Positions 1 to 10,541 are shown, counted from the stretch's first letter. The stretch: DNA of 64,000 nt from an uncultured Nitrospiraceae bacterium (GCA_963811165.1 CAWEQH010000010.1:1-64000), one strand, 5' to 3'. Notes: generated from the letters alone by a model not told the origin. Program-made: numbers and translations.

Positions 1-251
1 GAAATAAAATTAAGAGACCTGTAAAATATTGGGGGCGCTCGTCCTTGTGTGGGGATAAATACATTGAGAGAAGAAGAGACAGGCGAGAGAATGCCGACAT
101 AACTTGGTAATATAATATACTCTTCTCTTTAGGTAGTACTAAGGGCCTGAAAAGTGCCTTGCAACGCTTCTTAAAAGATAGCGTTATTTCTGTGAGTCTT
201 TTAAACACTACTGAATAAGTAGTGTTAGTACTACTTAATAAGGTGTGGCCT

Positions 252-665
252 TTAACCATGGATGCTTTCGTAATACCTTTCATGTCTCGCCTTAAATTCA
301 GAAGTTCCCCATTTTTGCCACCGTCTTGAGAGCTGATATCCTTTAGCTTCTTTCCTCTCATTCCTGAGACCGCCTGGGGACCAAAAATCAATGAAGCCGA
401 CTTTTTGAAGTTGACCCATTGCCCGTTTAAAAGTGGACGCCGACAAACCGACCTTATTTCTTGCCTCGGGATAGGTGAACTTGAAAACGACCTCAAAGCG
501 GTTGACGCCTTTTTTCGAGGTCTTTCTGACACAAAATAGGAGGACACGAATGGCAGCTTCAGAAAGTGTCCTAAAGGCTGGATGCTCCAAGACCTTGTTA
601 GGCACCGGTACAAATCCTCCGTCGAGCCACTCATCTCTATTCGATTTCTTGAAAGCATAGCCCAC
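252..665 (-). CDS. Helix-turn-helix protein, phage/satellite replication-protein-like
   Basis: FVPVPNKVL..FRTLS N-terminus and winged-HTH-like segment GLSASTFKRAMGQLQKVGFI. Confidence 0.55.
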   Translation of the reverse strand: MGYAFKKSNRDEWLDGGFVPVPNKVLEHPAFRTLSEAAIRVLLFCVRKTSKKGVNRFEVVFKFTYPEARNKVGLSASTFKRAMGQLQKVGFIDFWSPGGLRNERKEAKGYQLSRRWQKWGTSEFKARHERYYESIHG

Positions 666-676
666 GCCGGCGACCC

Positions 677-925
677 CTACCCATTCGCCTCCATCTTTCG
701 ACGCATGAGCATTTCGGCCCTGAGCCGTTTTATCATCTGTGCATATTCCAAGGCATTGAGTGCGGCGCCATTATTAAAATCGTTCATGGCCTTGTAGAGA
801 TCATCAGAGGCAGGGAAACAAAACAGGGTCCGGTGATTATGGACCTTCAAAGTCGGTTGAGTGTTGAGGATGATCGACACGGCTGCCGATAAATAAACGT
901 CGGAGAGTTCAGTTACTTTTTCCAA
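677..925 (-). CDS. Small phage-type protein (DUF5659-like)
   Basis: 82 aa, SDVYLSAAV...TLFCF pattern; GAGG RBS upstream of TTG. Confidence 0.5.
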   Translation of the reverse strand: MEKVTELSDVYLSAAVSIILNTQPTLKVHNHRTLFCFPASDDLYKAMNDFNNGAALNALEYAQMIKRLRAEMLMRRKMEANG

Positions 926-1057
926 GGTACACCTCTTCCAATTTAATTTTCCCGTTAAATGGAAAGCCTTTTCAGCGCTTTCAGAAATAATTTTATAAAA
1001 AATGATTGCAATAAAATACGGAATTATATCTGAGGATAGAAGGCGGGATTTTACTTA

Positions 1058-1930
1058 TTAAACTGTTGTCGGACCAGGGAAATTATTAACCCATGCATTT
1101 TTTATATATTGTTTTGCTTTTTTGAGATGCTTATTTATTCGATCAACATTGCCCGTGTCACCCGGATAAAGCAATTCTGCAATCTCTTTCCGCTTTTTAC
1201 CGCGCACTCTGTAGACATAAGATTGAAAACACATTTTCATTGTGTCCCATTTGTGTGTGTTGATTCTTTTTTTAGGTTCATTTTTGCGGGGAAGATGATA
1301 ATATGCCAGGCTCTTCTTTTCCGGATACTTCTCAAAAAACGATTTCTGCCACTCATCAATTTCTCTTTCAAAGTGTGCCATCAGGACCTTTTTATCTACG
1401 CCAATGTTGAAACGATAATAAAGCTCTTCCGGTGTATCTTTATATCGTGATTTTGACCAACGCTCGATAGACTGTTTACATTCATCTGCCTCATAGTCTT
1501 GAAACAATATACTTCCAATGCGCGGTTGCATCCCCATGTGAAAATTGGCTTTTATGAGAAGAGTTATTAAGAAATACAAATCAACGTCGAAAGGCCATTT
1601 TTCATCATCCATAGCATGAAACTTATCCCATAGTGCTGACTGTTCTTTCTCTAATTTGCGAGGTACTTTTTTGCGAAACTCTGACCACAATATTTCACCT
1701 TCCTCGAGGGCCATATCAAGAGGATAGATATATGCTTCCATCTCTATTAGTTTACTGTATTTTTTTTGGAATAAAGGATTCAGAAGAAGGAAAAGACCGT
1801 GTGCCATTCTCAAGTGCATTACATCATCGGCTTCATCCCAAATATCTGGTAAGTTCGGCTCATATAACAGATCAATTAAGTTTGGGCTTAAATAGGTTGC
1901 ATCTTCTTTTTTCTGTTTCGCTTTTCCCAT
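1058..1930 (-). CDS. Hypothetical protein with C-terminal HTH-like segment (possible element regulator)
   Basis: 290 aa AT-rich ORF, GAGGAGG RBS, C-terminal KKRKEIAELLYP...RINKHLKKAK. Confidence 0.6.
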   Translation of the reverse strand: MGKAKQKKEDATYLSPNLIDLLYEPNLPDIWDEADDVMHLRMAHGLFLLLNPLFQKKYSKLIEMEAYIYPLDMALEEGEILWSEFRKKVPRKLEKEQSALWDKFHAMDDEKWPFDVDLYFLITLLIKANFHMGMQPRIGSILFQDYEADECKQSIERWSKSRYKDTPEELYYRFNIGVDKKVLMAHFEREIDEWQKSFFEKYPEKKSLAYYHLPRKNEPKKRINTHKWDTMKMCFQSYVYRVRGKKRKEIAELLYPGDTGNVDRINKHLKKAKQYIKNAWVNNFPGPTTV

Positions 1931-2156
1931 ATACCGCCTCCTCGCGGTCTCTCCTAAAGTCTCCGGGAAGGCCGGTGGAGTGCCGGCCGTGTCGCCCTGC
2001 AGAGGCTATCCCGGTTAGATTGTTTTTACTTTTTCTCTCTCTTCTTCAAATTTCCGTTTGAATCCTTCCCCTGCAGCCACAGGATAAACCGGGATATCCC
2101 GTAGAGTATCCAGAGCCCGATGAAGCCCATTACCGCTATTGAGAAGATCGTGAACA

Positions 2157-2408
2157 TCACCTGATCTCTCTCCATCTCGGGTTTTTGCGCCGAAGTTCAT
2201 ATACAGCGGCCACTGAAACTAAATACCTGGCGTGTTCTTTGAGGTCCCGGGTGAACGTCTCTCTTTCAACGCGCCGGAATTCTTCTTCCTCGGGTGACAG
2301 AGGGGCTTTAGAACGTAACCTTGTTTTAGGTCTTTCTTCGGAAGTTGGAATGTGGCAACCGCTGCCAGTTTCCATTTTTTGTAATCCCCCTTCAATCCTG
2401 ATGGTCAT
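2157..2408 (-). CDS. Hypothetical protein of the element
   Basis: GAGGAG RBS upstream; overlapping ORF 2015-2200 may be a separate gene or a frameshifted continuation. Confidence 0.4.
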   Translation of the reverse strand: MTIRIEGGLQKMETGSGCHIPTSEERPKTRLRSKAPLSPEEEEFRRVERETFTRDLKEHARYLVSVAAVYELRRKNPRWREIR

Positions 2409-2442
2409 ATTCTACTCCTCTTTTTCGATAATCAACAAGAGC

Positions 2443-2464
2443 GGCCCCGGATCTCTCCGGGGCC
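2443..2464. terminator. GC-rich hairpin, probable terminator
   Basis: GGCCCCGGA-TCTC-TCCGGGGCC in an intergenic gap. Confidence 0.5.
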
Positions 2465-2470
2465 TTTCTC

Positions 2471-2767
2471 TCACGCCTTCAGGTACGGTTGCAGCTCGTC
2501 GAGCGCCTCATCAACGAACCCTTCCCACTCGGTCCCCTTAAAAGTCACATCATAGGACCGGCTACAAAGCCGGAGAAGGACCTTCCGGACCGCGGGAAGG
2601 TCATTTTTTCCCTCGTCGGCTTCCTGAGAGGCCCCAGGATCGAAGATCTCCCGCGAAGAGGCGTCACAGATACCCCCGCACTTCGGACAACCCGCTCTAG
2701 AGGTCTCAGCGACGAATTCCATACCGCAATCGGGACACTCGAACTTATTTATTATTTTGGTTTCCAT
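2471..2767 (-). CDS. Zinc-ribbon hypothetical protein
   Basis: CPDC...CPKC motifs. Confidence 0.55.
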   Translation of the reverse strand: METKIINKFECPDCGMEFVAETSRAGCPKCGGICDASSREIFDPGASQEADEGKNDLPAVRKVLLRLCSRSYDVTFKGTEWEGFVDEALDELQPYLKA

Positions 2768-3204
2768 GTGCCCTCTCCCGCGTCTTCAAGGTCCTTCATC
2801 ATCATTTCGAGGATCTCCCGGATTACGACAAGGGAATATCCCTCTGAATGTTCAAGTAGTTCTGTGTCTGCATAGGTAGCCTGTTCTAGAACGTCCGTCA
2901 ACGCGATAACCTTCCTAAATTCAAGGTGTAGGTCGTCAAGGAGTTCTTTTGAGATAAGCGGGGCTTTCTTCTCCTCAACCTTCTCCCGCGGTGCCTCGTT
3001 CTCCGGGGGTGCCTCGTCCAAGGACTGCTCCGTCTTTAGTTTGCGAACGGTTCTCGCATAGACAGCCTCGATCACCTTTTTTAACATATCTTGATCCGCA
3101 GTCTCCCCCAGGAGCAGCACTGCTCGCACCTTAGAACAATATGTCTCCTTTTCCTTCACCTCATCCTTCTGTTCTCTCTTTTTGAATTCCACAACCTTTT
3201 CCAT
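2752..3204 (-). CDS. Hypothetical protein of the element
   Basis: 150 aa ORF with RBS, operon-like spacing. Confidence 0.55.
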   Translation of the reverse strand: MEKVVEFKKREQKDEVKEKETYCSKVRAVLLLGETADQDMLKKVIEAVYARTVRKLKTEQSLDEAPPENEAPREKVEEKKAPLISKELLDDLHLEFRKVIALTDVLEQATYADTELLEHSEGYSLVVIREILEMMMKDLEDAGEGTWKPK

Positions 3205-3227
3205 TCCTTTTTCTCCCGTTTGGTTCT

Positions 3228-3458
3228 TTAATTTGGTTTTGCGTCTTTTTGGGTTACATGCGATAGAAGAAAATCAAGGCCGTCCTCGACGTCCAAAGCC
3301 GCCTTGATAGCCTTCTCGATGTCCTCAGATTCGTCATGCATAGCTCGGGCGGTCTTCTCAGCCGCCTTCGCCGTCCCCGCCTGAATCATAAAGGCATCGA
3401 GCCGTTTCGCCTTCTCTGTAATACGGGCGAGGATCTCCATGTATTGCGCCCTTAACAT
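3228..3458 (-). CDS. Hypothetical protein of the element
   Basis: Start overlaps the stop of the upstream ORF (TAATG). Confidence 0.5.
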   Translation of the reverse strand: MLRAQYMEILARITEKAKRLDAFMIQAGTAKAAEKTARAMHDESEDIEKAIKAALDVEDGLDFLLSHVTQKDAKPN

Positions 3459-3823
3459 TACAGGCCCAGGCCCCCCAGTTCATCGAGCATCCGGGAAGAC
3501 AGGGACAGCGCCGGCCTCTTCAGTTTCTCAATCTGCATATTCCCAAGGACCGGATCAATCAGTTTCTCGATCCTCTGCGCGACCTGAGCGCTTTTGTCGG
3601 AACGGTGATGAGGACAAAGGCTCTTCCCGAGCGCCTGGACGAACATAGGGGCTTTACCATCTTTTTCAAGCAGCGCGTCAATCTTAGCTGCCTTCTGCCT
3701 GACCCTCGAAACCGTTTCCGCGTCAATGCACATCTGCGCGACGGTCCGAAATTCTTTTTCAGAGAAACAGGTCTTGCCACAACAGATCCCGCCTTCCTTT
3801 TTGTGTTCACATGCCATAGACAT
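3458..3823 (-). CDS. Cys-rich hypothetical protein of the element
   Basis: AAGGAG RBS; first gene inside the att end. Confidence 0.5.
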   Translation of the reverse strand: MSMACEHKKEGGICCGKTCFSEKEFRTVAQMCIDAETVSRVRQKAAKIDALLEKDGKAPMFVQALGKSLCPHHRSDKSAQVAQRIEKLIDPVLGNMQIEKLKRPALSLSSRMLDELGGLGL

Positions 3824-3858
3824 ATCTCCTTTTACCGAGGTCCCGGAGAGCTAATCGG

Positions 3859-4021
3859 CCCTCCGGGACTGTAAATTTTCTCTGACGTATATCTGCAGGT
3901 TCTTACAAGCTATCAGGGCCTCGTTAAGTCTGATCTTTACATCGAGCCTGCAACCGTCTACCTTGCGACCCTCCGGGACTGTAACCATTTTTTTGCTCTG
4001 ACTGTAACCAAAATGTAACCG
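3859..4021. repeat. Integrase arm-type repeats
   Basis: CCCTCCGGGACTGTAA at 3859 and 3969; ACTGTAACCA at 3978 and 4001, AATGTAACCG at 4012. Confidence 0.65.
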
Positions 4022-4147
4022 TCGTCCCAATTTTCCGAAATATTCCGCAACATTCCCCAACGATAGCAGGAACGCGCAAAGCGGCTTTAGAAGCCAATTT
4101 ATAAGGAAAATCGGGCGGTTAGAGGAAATGAGAAAAGCGTGAAAATC

Positions 4148-4205
4148 GGACTTAAAATCCCTCGTCGGCAACGGCGTGCCGGTTCGAGTCCGGCCTCGGG
4201 CACCA
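4148..4205 (+). other. att site: 3' fragment of tRNA-Leu(TAA)
   Basis: GGA-CTTAAAA-TCC anticodon arm, long variable arm, GGTTCGAGTCC T-loop and CCA end; 5' acceptor strand and D arm absent. Confidence 0.88.
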
Positions 4206-4364
4206 GTATAATGCCGGACGCTGGCCTTTCTTAAATACTTCCAAAGTCTTCATAAGCTTTTTCAAGCAGTGGCACCAGGCGCCATGCATCGTCCGAGGAA
4301 CGTCTGCCGCCAGTCTTACTCGCGGCTCCTTTACGCAGGGCATCGATTTGGTTTATATTTCTCT

Positions 4365-4928
4365 ATGGGCAATATTTTGGTAATAGACGACGACAGCTCG
4401 GTTAGGGGAGTACTTGAGGCATTTTTTTTGGATGAAGGATTTGATATTACCGCGGTAGCCGACGGCGAGAGCGGACTCCATTTGATGAGACAAATGGAAT
4501 TTGATATTGTTTTTCTTGACCTTGTTATGCCCGGTATGGGCGGCCTGGAGGTCTTGGAAGAGATATCCAAACTGAAGGCGGAAGTCCCCTGTATCATCAT
4601 GACGGGTTTTGCTACGATAAAAACCGCAGTGGATGCCATGAAACTCGGCGCGATTGACTATATTACCAAACCTTTCAATCTTGAAGAACTCCTGATCATA
4701 ACAAAGAGGGTTATGGATATGACAAGGGTCAAGAAAGAGAATACCGTCTTAAAGAAAGAGTTATCGGGTCTTCTTCATGTCTGTTCCTGGTGCAATAAGA
4801 TACGCGACGATAAGGGGCAATGGAAGTCGTTGGAAGAATATGTAAAGGAACGGGAGAACGCTGTTTTTTCGCACGGCATATGTCCCCAATGTCTTAAGAA
4901 AAGCAGTGCGAAAACAGGCGGGCAGTGA
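4365..4928 (+). CDS. Response regulator with C-terminal Cys/His motif domain
   Basis: REC (ILVIDDD, DLVMP, KPF) plus CSWCNKIRD...SHGICPQC; ATG 4365 chosen over GTG 4269. Confidence 0.88.
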   Translation: MGNILVIDDDSSVRGVLEAFFLDEGFDITAVADGESGLHLMRQMEFDIVFLDLVMPGMGGLEVLEEISKLKAEVPCIIMTGFATIKTAVDAMKLGAIDYITKPFNLEELLIITKRVMDMTRVKKENTVLKKELSGLLHVCSWCNKIRDDKGQWKSLEEYVKERENAVFSHGICPQCLKKSSAKTGGQ

Positions 4929-5028
4929 TCGGCTGTTTTGTTGAGTAATAACGTCAGAAAACAGATGGTAGTGATGGACGATCACTACCCCGATAGATTC
5001 CAAAAGAGCATTCTGCTAAGATTACCTT

Positions 5029-6231
5029 GTGATCGTTGTAGAGACATATAGGGGGAATGCGGTTACCGAACATCCCGTAGAGGTCGTCGAGAGAAAGGGC
5101 ACCGGCCATCCGGACTTTATCTGCGACTCCGTGATGGAGGCCATATCCATCGCCCTGAGCAAGGAATATATGAGGACCTTCGGCTGCATCCTCCATCATA
5201 ATATCGATAAAGGTCTCCTCGCAGCCGGCACGACAGTCAAGACCTTCGGCGGCGGCAAAATGATAAAGCCCATGGAGCTTATCATAGGAGACAGGGCTAC
5301 GTTCGCCCTTGGAGGCAAAAAGGTCCCCGTGAGGGAGATTGCCATCGAATCTGCCAAAGGATGGTTCAGAAACGGCCTTAGATTTATCGATCCCGACGCA
5401 CATGTCAGATACAGAGTGGTCCTCGCGCCGGGCTCCGAGGAACTGACCGATATATTCAGGAGGCCGGGGAAAGTCAAAAGGGCCAACGATACCTCAGCTG
5501 CTATCGGATATTATCCCCTAAGTCCGGCGGAAACCGTCGTTCTCGAACTGGAGAGAAATCTTAATTCAAGGCGCTTCAAGAACAGGTATCCGGAAACCGG
5601 TGAGGATATAAAGGTCATGGGCCTAAGGAGAGGCGAAACATTGGACTTGACCGTGGCGATGCCTTTTCTCTGCCGCTATATCAGCTGCGAAAAAGAGTAT
5701 TTTGAAAGAAAGGAGATCGTCAGGAAAGAGATAGTGAGTTTTCTTCGAAAATACAGCCGATTTAAGAAAATGCAGGTCCATTTCAATACCCTTGATGAAG
5801 CGGGCAGGGGACTAGGCGGCATTTATCTTAGTCTCTCAGGGACATCGGCAGAAGATGCGGATTCCGGACAGGTGGGCCGCGGTAATAGGGTGAACGGACT
5901 GATCTCTATGAACAGGCCGATGGGTACAGAGGCGGCGGCGGGAAAAAACCCGGTCAGCCACGTCGGAAAAATATATAATGTCCTGTCACATCGCATAGCG
6001 CAAATGGTCTATGAAGAGGTTGAAGGCATCAAAGAGGTTTATATCCTCCTTCTCAGCAGAATAGGCACGCCCATCGACAGGCCCCATATGGCATTGGCTC
6101 AAGTATTGACCGAGGAGGGGTTGAAACTTAGGGATGTATCAAAGAAAATTAACGGCATAGTCGAAAGGGAATTGTCCAAAATCGGTAAATTTTGCATTGG
6201 GCTTAGCAGAGGTAAATACCCGATTTGCTGA
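5029..6231 (+). CDS. mat: S-adenosylmethionine synthetase, archaeal type
   Basis: EVVERKGTGHPD, HHNIDK, ANDTS, GEDIKVMG, SGQVGRGNRVNG, AGKNPVSHVGKIYN. Confidence 0.92.
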   Translation: MIVVETYRGNAVTEHPVEVVERKGTGHPDFICDSVMEAISIALSKEYMRTFGCILHHNIDKGLLAAGTTVKTFGGGKMIKPMELIIGDRATFALGGKKVPVREIAIESAKGWFRNGLRFIDPDAHVRYRVVLAPGSEELTDIFRRPGKVKRANDTSAAIGYYPLSPAETVVLELERNLNSRRFKNRYPETGEDIKVMGLRRGETLDLTVAMPFLCRYISCEKEYFERKEIVRKEIVSFLRKYSRFKKMQVHFNTLDEAGRGLGGIYLSLSGTSAEDADSGQVGRGNRVNGLISMNRPMGTEAAAGKNPVSHVGKIYNVLSHRIAQMVYEEVEGIKEVYILLLSRIGTPIDRPHMALAQVLTEEGLKLRDVSKKINGIVERELSKIGKFCIGLSRGKYPIC

Positions 6232-6293
6232 AGGTCCAGCTTTTTTCCAGTAACGATACAATGTGATCAGAAATAAGAAAAGGAGGAGCAAAA

Positions 6294-6599
6294 ATGCTTA
6301 TAGAATTTACCATCGTTCCTGTCGGCTCGGGAAGCAGCATCGGCGACAGGCTGGCGGAAGTCTTAAAGATAGTTGATGAGAGCGGTCTTCCGTACAAGAT
6401 CAATCCTATGGGCACGGTCGTGGAGGGGGAATGGGATGAGCTCTTCGGTCTCATCAGGAAATGCCACGATACGGTGATGAAGAAGGAAGAGAGGGTACTT
6501 ACGACCATCTCGGTGGATGACAGAAAGGGAAAGCCCAACAGGCTCGAGGAGAAGGTGAAATCCGTGGAAAAGAGACTCGGCAAACAGCTTAAAAAGTGA
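6294..6599 (+). CDS. MTH1187/thiamine-binding family protein
   Basis: EFTIVPVG, NPMGTVVEGEWDE, DDRKGK..LEEKVKSV. Confidence 0.9.
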   Translation: MLIEFTIVPVGSGSSIGDRLAEVLKIVDESGLPYKINPMGTVVEGEWDELFGLIRKCHDTVMKKEERVLTTISVDDRKGKPNRLEEKVKSVEKRLGKQLKK

Positions 6600-6637
6600 A
6601 GGACCACGGAAAAGTGTCCAACGAACCATCGGACCGC

Positions 6638-7807
6638 TTACTGATGGAGGGCGTAAATTTCTTCAAATAAATGAGATATTTCGATAAAGGCGTTCAGGAC
6701 CGCCGGGTCAAAATGCTCAGGCATTGTCCTGCTGTCTCCTTCCGTGAGTATGGTGAAGGTCTTCTGGTGATCAAATGGAGGTTTGTAGGGCCGTTTACTG
6801 CGCAGAGCGTCATACTGGTCGGCGAGCATTGCTATCCTGCCCTCGATAGGGATGTCCTCCCCCTTAAGTCCTCCTGGATATCCCTTCCCGTCCCATCTTT
6901 CGTGATGGGTCAGCGCTATAGAAGCTGCAAGACGCACGTCCGGATGGAGGGACCCCCCGAGTATCTTTTCCCCGATGGTTGTGTGCATTTTCATAATGTC
7001 GAATTCCTCTTTTGTGAGAGGACCGGGCTTCAAAAGGATATTGTCGGGTATGCCGATTTTTCCTATATCATGCATGGAGCTTGCGAGTGTTATGGCATCG
7101 ACAAAATCCGACGGCATATTCAGTGCCTCGGCGATCTTGTTTGAATAAAATCCGATCCTTGATATATGGCCTCCGGTGTCGGTGTCCCGAAATTCGGCAA
7201 CGGAGGTCAGGCGCAGTACGACTTCCCTGCTCATGCTCTTTACCATGGCAAGGGCCTCGGCCAATTCCTCGGTCCTTTCCCTTACTGTTTTTTCGAGGAC
7301 CGACTTGTAATTTTTCTCCAGTTGCAGCATGCGGTGATACATGGCCGCTTTTTTTACCGAGTGGACGAGGTATTCGGCATTGAAAGGCTTGGTGATAAAG
7401 TCGAAGGCCCCTTTTTTGATCGCATCGACTGCGACATCAAGCTCCGCGTATGCCGTCATCAGGATAACCGGGATATCGGGATTTATGGCACGTATCTTTG
7501 ACAGAAGATCTATGCCCGAAATGACGGGCATTTTGATATCGGTGAGTACCACGGAGGTGCCGTTATGCATCAAATTGGCAATCGCGTCGTCGGCATTCCC
7601 GCAGGATATTACGGAAAAGCCATACTCACGCAAAAGTATTGAAATAGGCTCGAGTACATAGGGATCATCATCGACGATTAGCGCCGTCAGTTTTGAATTA
7701 TCTTCTGCCGAACTCAGGCCGCCTTCCCCTGCCGTCGTAAGGAAAGGCGCCGAATTTGCCGCCGAAAAATCGGCGGCGGGTCCGGGGGTTATTTTGCCGT
7801 CAATCAT
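6638..7807 (-). CDS. Response regulator with HD-GYP phosphodiesterase domain
   Basis: REC domain, [33 protein letters not shown]. Confidence 0.93.
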   Translation of the reverse strand: MIDGKITPGPAADFSAANSAPFLTTAGEGGLSSAEDNSKLTALIVDDDPYVLEPISILLREYGFSVISCGNADDAIANLMHNGTSVVLTDIKMPVISGIDLLSKIRAINPDIPVILMTAYAELDVAVDAIKKGAFDFITKPFNAEYLVHSVKKAAMYHRMLQLEKNYKSVLEKTVRERTEELAEALAMVKSMSREVVLRLTSVAEFRDTDTGGHISRIGFYSNKIAEALNMPSDFVDAITLASSMHDIGKIGIPDNILLKPGPLTKEEFDIMKMHTTIGEKILGGSLHPDVRLAASIALTHHERWDGKGYPGGLKGEDIPIEGRIAMLADQYDALRSKRPYKPPFDHQKTFTILTEGDSRTMPEHFDPAVLNAFIEISHLFEEIYALHQ

Positions 7808-8100
7808 AGTTTCACGCCCTTACCGCACCATATTGTCGCATACATTGTATATCACCCACCTGGAGTCAATAGTATGTCTTGTGAACATCATATCGGCCTT
7901 TATCCGGAATTTCTTTAATGAGACTGCCGGACCGTAGCCTTCAGACTCAAAAGCCCCCCGGAACACATGGTAGTGGGTCGGAAGTGCTGAATGAGGCCAA
8001 GGCTTAGTTTTAGGGGATCCGACTTCGGTGTTTTTTTGCGACGCGGGCACCGACGCGGACGGGTCAAGTAGGGAAATTTAGTTGCGTACTCTACGCAAAC

Positions 8101-9780
8101 CTACAGTTCTATCTTGAATTCTGCGCCGTCTTCGGTATTCCTGGCCGAGAGTTTTCCGTTCATGCTTTTTTCGATGATCATCTTTGACATATAGAGCCCG
8201 ATCCCCGTGCCCTGGCTACTTTGCTTGGTTGAAAAATACGGATCGAATATCTTGTCCATAATGTCCCCTGGAATACCACCGCCGTTGTCCCTTACGGTCA
8301 GCACCGATCTATTGTCTTGATTGGACAGCTTCACTGTCACTCTCGGATGCGGCACCTTTCTTTCGATAAATACATCCTTTGCATTATTGAGGAAGTTCAA
8401 TAACACCTGGGAATATTCATTGGGGAACCCCTCCACAACCACGTCGTCCTTTAGCGCAAGTTCTATGTCGATGTTGTTGTTTTTGAAGCTTGAGTCTATA
8501 ACAGAAATAGCTTTGACTACCGCCTCCGCTATACTGAATGCGTGGCGTTCCTTCTCCGGCTGATAGAAGTATCTGAAATCGTCTATGGTCGCGGACATGT
8601 GGCGTATTATGGCCATTGCTTTGGCGACGCTTTCGTTCACATACCTCTCGTCGAGTTCGCCCAGCCGATGAACGGTCTTTATATCCTGGATGATAAGTCC
8701 GACAGTGTTGAGCGGCTGTCTCCACTGATGGGCGATGCTGCCGATCATTTCGCCCATGGCGGCAAGTTTTGACTGCTGCATCAATAAGTGGTCCTTCTCC
8801 CTTCCTTTTTCGACTTCTTCATTGACCCTTTCTCTGAAGTGTTGCTCCGAGGCTATGAGCGCATCCTGGGCTTTTTTACGTTCAGTAATGTCGCGGGAAA
8901 TACCCAGCACCGCCGCCACCCTTCCGTCGCCGCTTCTGATCGGGACCAGGGAGGTGCTCAACCACACCTCCCCGCTTGAAAGGAGCGCCGAACTTTCGGC
9001 AAAAAAGGACTCGCCATTTTCGAACACTTTTTCAAGGTTGTATTTCTGCGGCTCGGCCATGTCGGGCGGAAAAAGTTCATTCCATGGTTTGCCGATTATT
9101 TCCGCCGGGGGCCGCCCGAGTTGTTTCGCGGCGAAGTTGTTCAGGTATTGAATATTTTCATTCCGGTCGATAATGAAGATTATGTCCTGTGCCGCCTCTG
9201 CCAGTGTGCGGTAACGCTCTTCACTCTTTTGTACCGAGTCCTCGGTGCGGCGAATCGAGCGAAGGGGGGGGACGAAGAGCAGAAAGAATATTCCACTTCC
9301 GGAGAAGATGCTGAACAGCGCGATCTCAGCCGTGCGAACGAAAAGGGGACGAAGAGAACGGTATATTTCCACTTTGCCCTTGGGGACACCGGAATCCATA
9401 AGGGTCGCATATCGCATGATAAACGGAGGCTCGACCTTGTCGCTGCTCTCTGCAACAACCACATTTTTCTCATTGACCAGGCGCCGTATCTCTCCACGCC
9501 CCTGTTTGAGGCGCTCCGAAATGGAGGCGCTGAGTGTCTCGCGCCCGATTTCATATAATTCGGGATTTACGTTGACCGCATGTAAAATAATGGCGGCATT
9601 TATCTCCGCTTCGGTGATAAGACTTCCTGCAATATACTGGTAGGAAATCAAAAAATAGCCGAGCGGAAGGACCGTCACAATTACCGCGATAAACAGGCCT
9701 GTAACTGACGTGAGGATACGGCCTGCAGTCGGTTTGGCGATTATATATTCTGTGTTCCGGTCTATTGCGTTTTTCTCCAT
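8101..9780 (-). CDS. Membrane PAS sensor histidine kinase
   Basis: 2 [18 protein letters not shown]-box, [20 protein letters not shown]. Confidence 0.93.
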   Translation of the reverse strand: MEKNAIDRNTEYIIAKPTAGRILTSVTGLFIAVIVTVLPLGYFLISYQYIAGSLITEAEINAAIILHAVNVNPELYEIGRETLSASISERLKQGRGEIRRLVNEKNVVVAESSDKVEPPFIMRYATLMDSGVPKGKVEIYRSLRPLFVRTAEIALFSIFSGSGIFFLLFVPPLRSIRRTEDSVQKSEERYRTLAEAAQDIIFIIDRNENIQYLNNFAAKQLGRPPAEIIGKPWNELFPPDMAEPQKYNLEKVFENGESFFAESSALLSSGEVWLSTSLVPIRSGDGRVAAVLGISRDITERKKAQDALIASEQHFRERVNEEVEKGREKDHLLMQQSKLAAMGEMIGSIAHQWRQPLNTVGLIIQDIKTVHRLGELDERYVNESVAKAMAIIRHMSATIDDFRYFYQPEKERHAFSIAEAVVKAISVIDSSFKNNNIDIELALKDDVVVEGFPNEYSQVLLNFLNNAKDVFIERKVPHPRVTVKLSNQDNRSVLTVRDNGGGIPGDIMDKIFDPYFSTKQSSQGTGIGLYMSKMIIEKSMNGKLSARNTEDGAEFKIEL

Positions 9781-9990
9781 ATTACCTGGAACTTGGCCAT
9801 GAGATCCTTTATGGGGTCTTTACCTAAATTATACAACGCCTCGTGTGTTTATTGCTGAAGCAATTGACCTATATGACAACATACTGAACTGGAAGTATTG
9901 ACAAATATTACGAAGTCTGTTAAAACAGGAGCAATTATATCCGGTTTGAGCCAGGGGTATCAACACACTTATTTGTTCAAAGGAGGGCAT

Positions 9991-10395
9991 ATGGCTTTAG
10001 AATGGACGCAGGATTTGGCAACGGGTTCGGAGGAAATTGACTTTCAGCACAAGGAGCTTTTTAGAAGAGTAAATGCTCTTTTAGAATCATGCCGACAGGG
10101 CAAGGGAAAAGCTGAACTCAACATAGTCATAGAGTTCCTTGACGAGTATGTGGTAAAGCATTTTTCTGAAGAAGAAAAATTTATGCAGAAATATGAGTAT
10201 CCCGGTCATGCAAGTCATAAGACGGAACATCTTAAATTTATCGCAACTTTCTCGGAACTGAAGAAAGAAATTGAACGACAGGGGCCGGCGTTGGATCTTG
10301 TGGTGAAGACGAACCGAATGATCGTACAGTGGCTGATAAATCATATAAGCAAAGTCGACAGGTCACTTGGGATGTTTTTAAGGGCCAGGGTCTGA
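9991..10395 (+). CDS. Bacteriohemerythrin
   Basis: IDFQHKELF, HFSEEE, HKTEH, WLINHISKVD; AGGAGG RBS before ATG 9991. Confidence 0.92.
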   Translation: MALEWTQDLATGSEEIDFQHKELFRRVNALLESCRQGKGKAELNIVIEFLDEYVVKHFSEEEKFMQKYEYPGHASHKTEHLKFIATFSELKKEIERQGPALDLVVKTNRMIVQWLINHISKVDRSLGMFLRARV

Positions 10396-10541
10396 GAAGG
10401 GCTCTGCGCTCCTTTTATCTCTTGAGATGAGTCGGTAGCGAAATCATTAGGGCAACGCCAAGCTGTTTTTATCCGAACGCCTGCATATTCAACGGTAACA
10501 ATACGCCAAAAGAGATTTAAATGCCTTTTATTCAGCAGGAG

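Larger units (their letters stand above)
1..4205. mobile_element. Right end of an integrated element (prophage, satellite or integrative element) inserted at tRNA-Leu(TAA); continues beyond the left window edge
   Basis: Run of short co-oriented minus-strand hypothetical genes with AT-rich patches, ending in a tRNA 3' fragment preceded by TGTAACC repeats; host-type genes resume right after. No integrase in the window. Confidence 0.8.

Noticed and set aside
4120..4205. Complete tRNA-Leu gene
   Set aside because: No 5' acceptor strand or D arm; only the 3' att fragment is present
3851..4343. ORFs 3851-4171 and 4152-4343
   Set aside because: They overlap the att and arm sites and read as antisense tRNA translation
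7820..8100. Riboswitch or ribozyme upstream of the HD-GYP gene
   Set aside because: No c-di-GMP riboswitch or hammerhead core could be matched; only a short hairpin TTGCGTA-CTC-TACGCAA at 8082-8098
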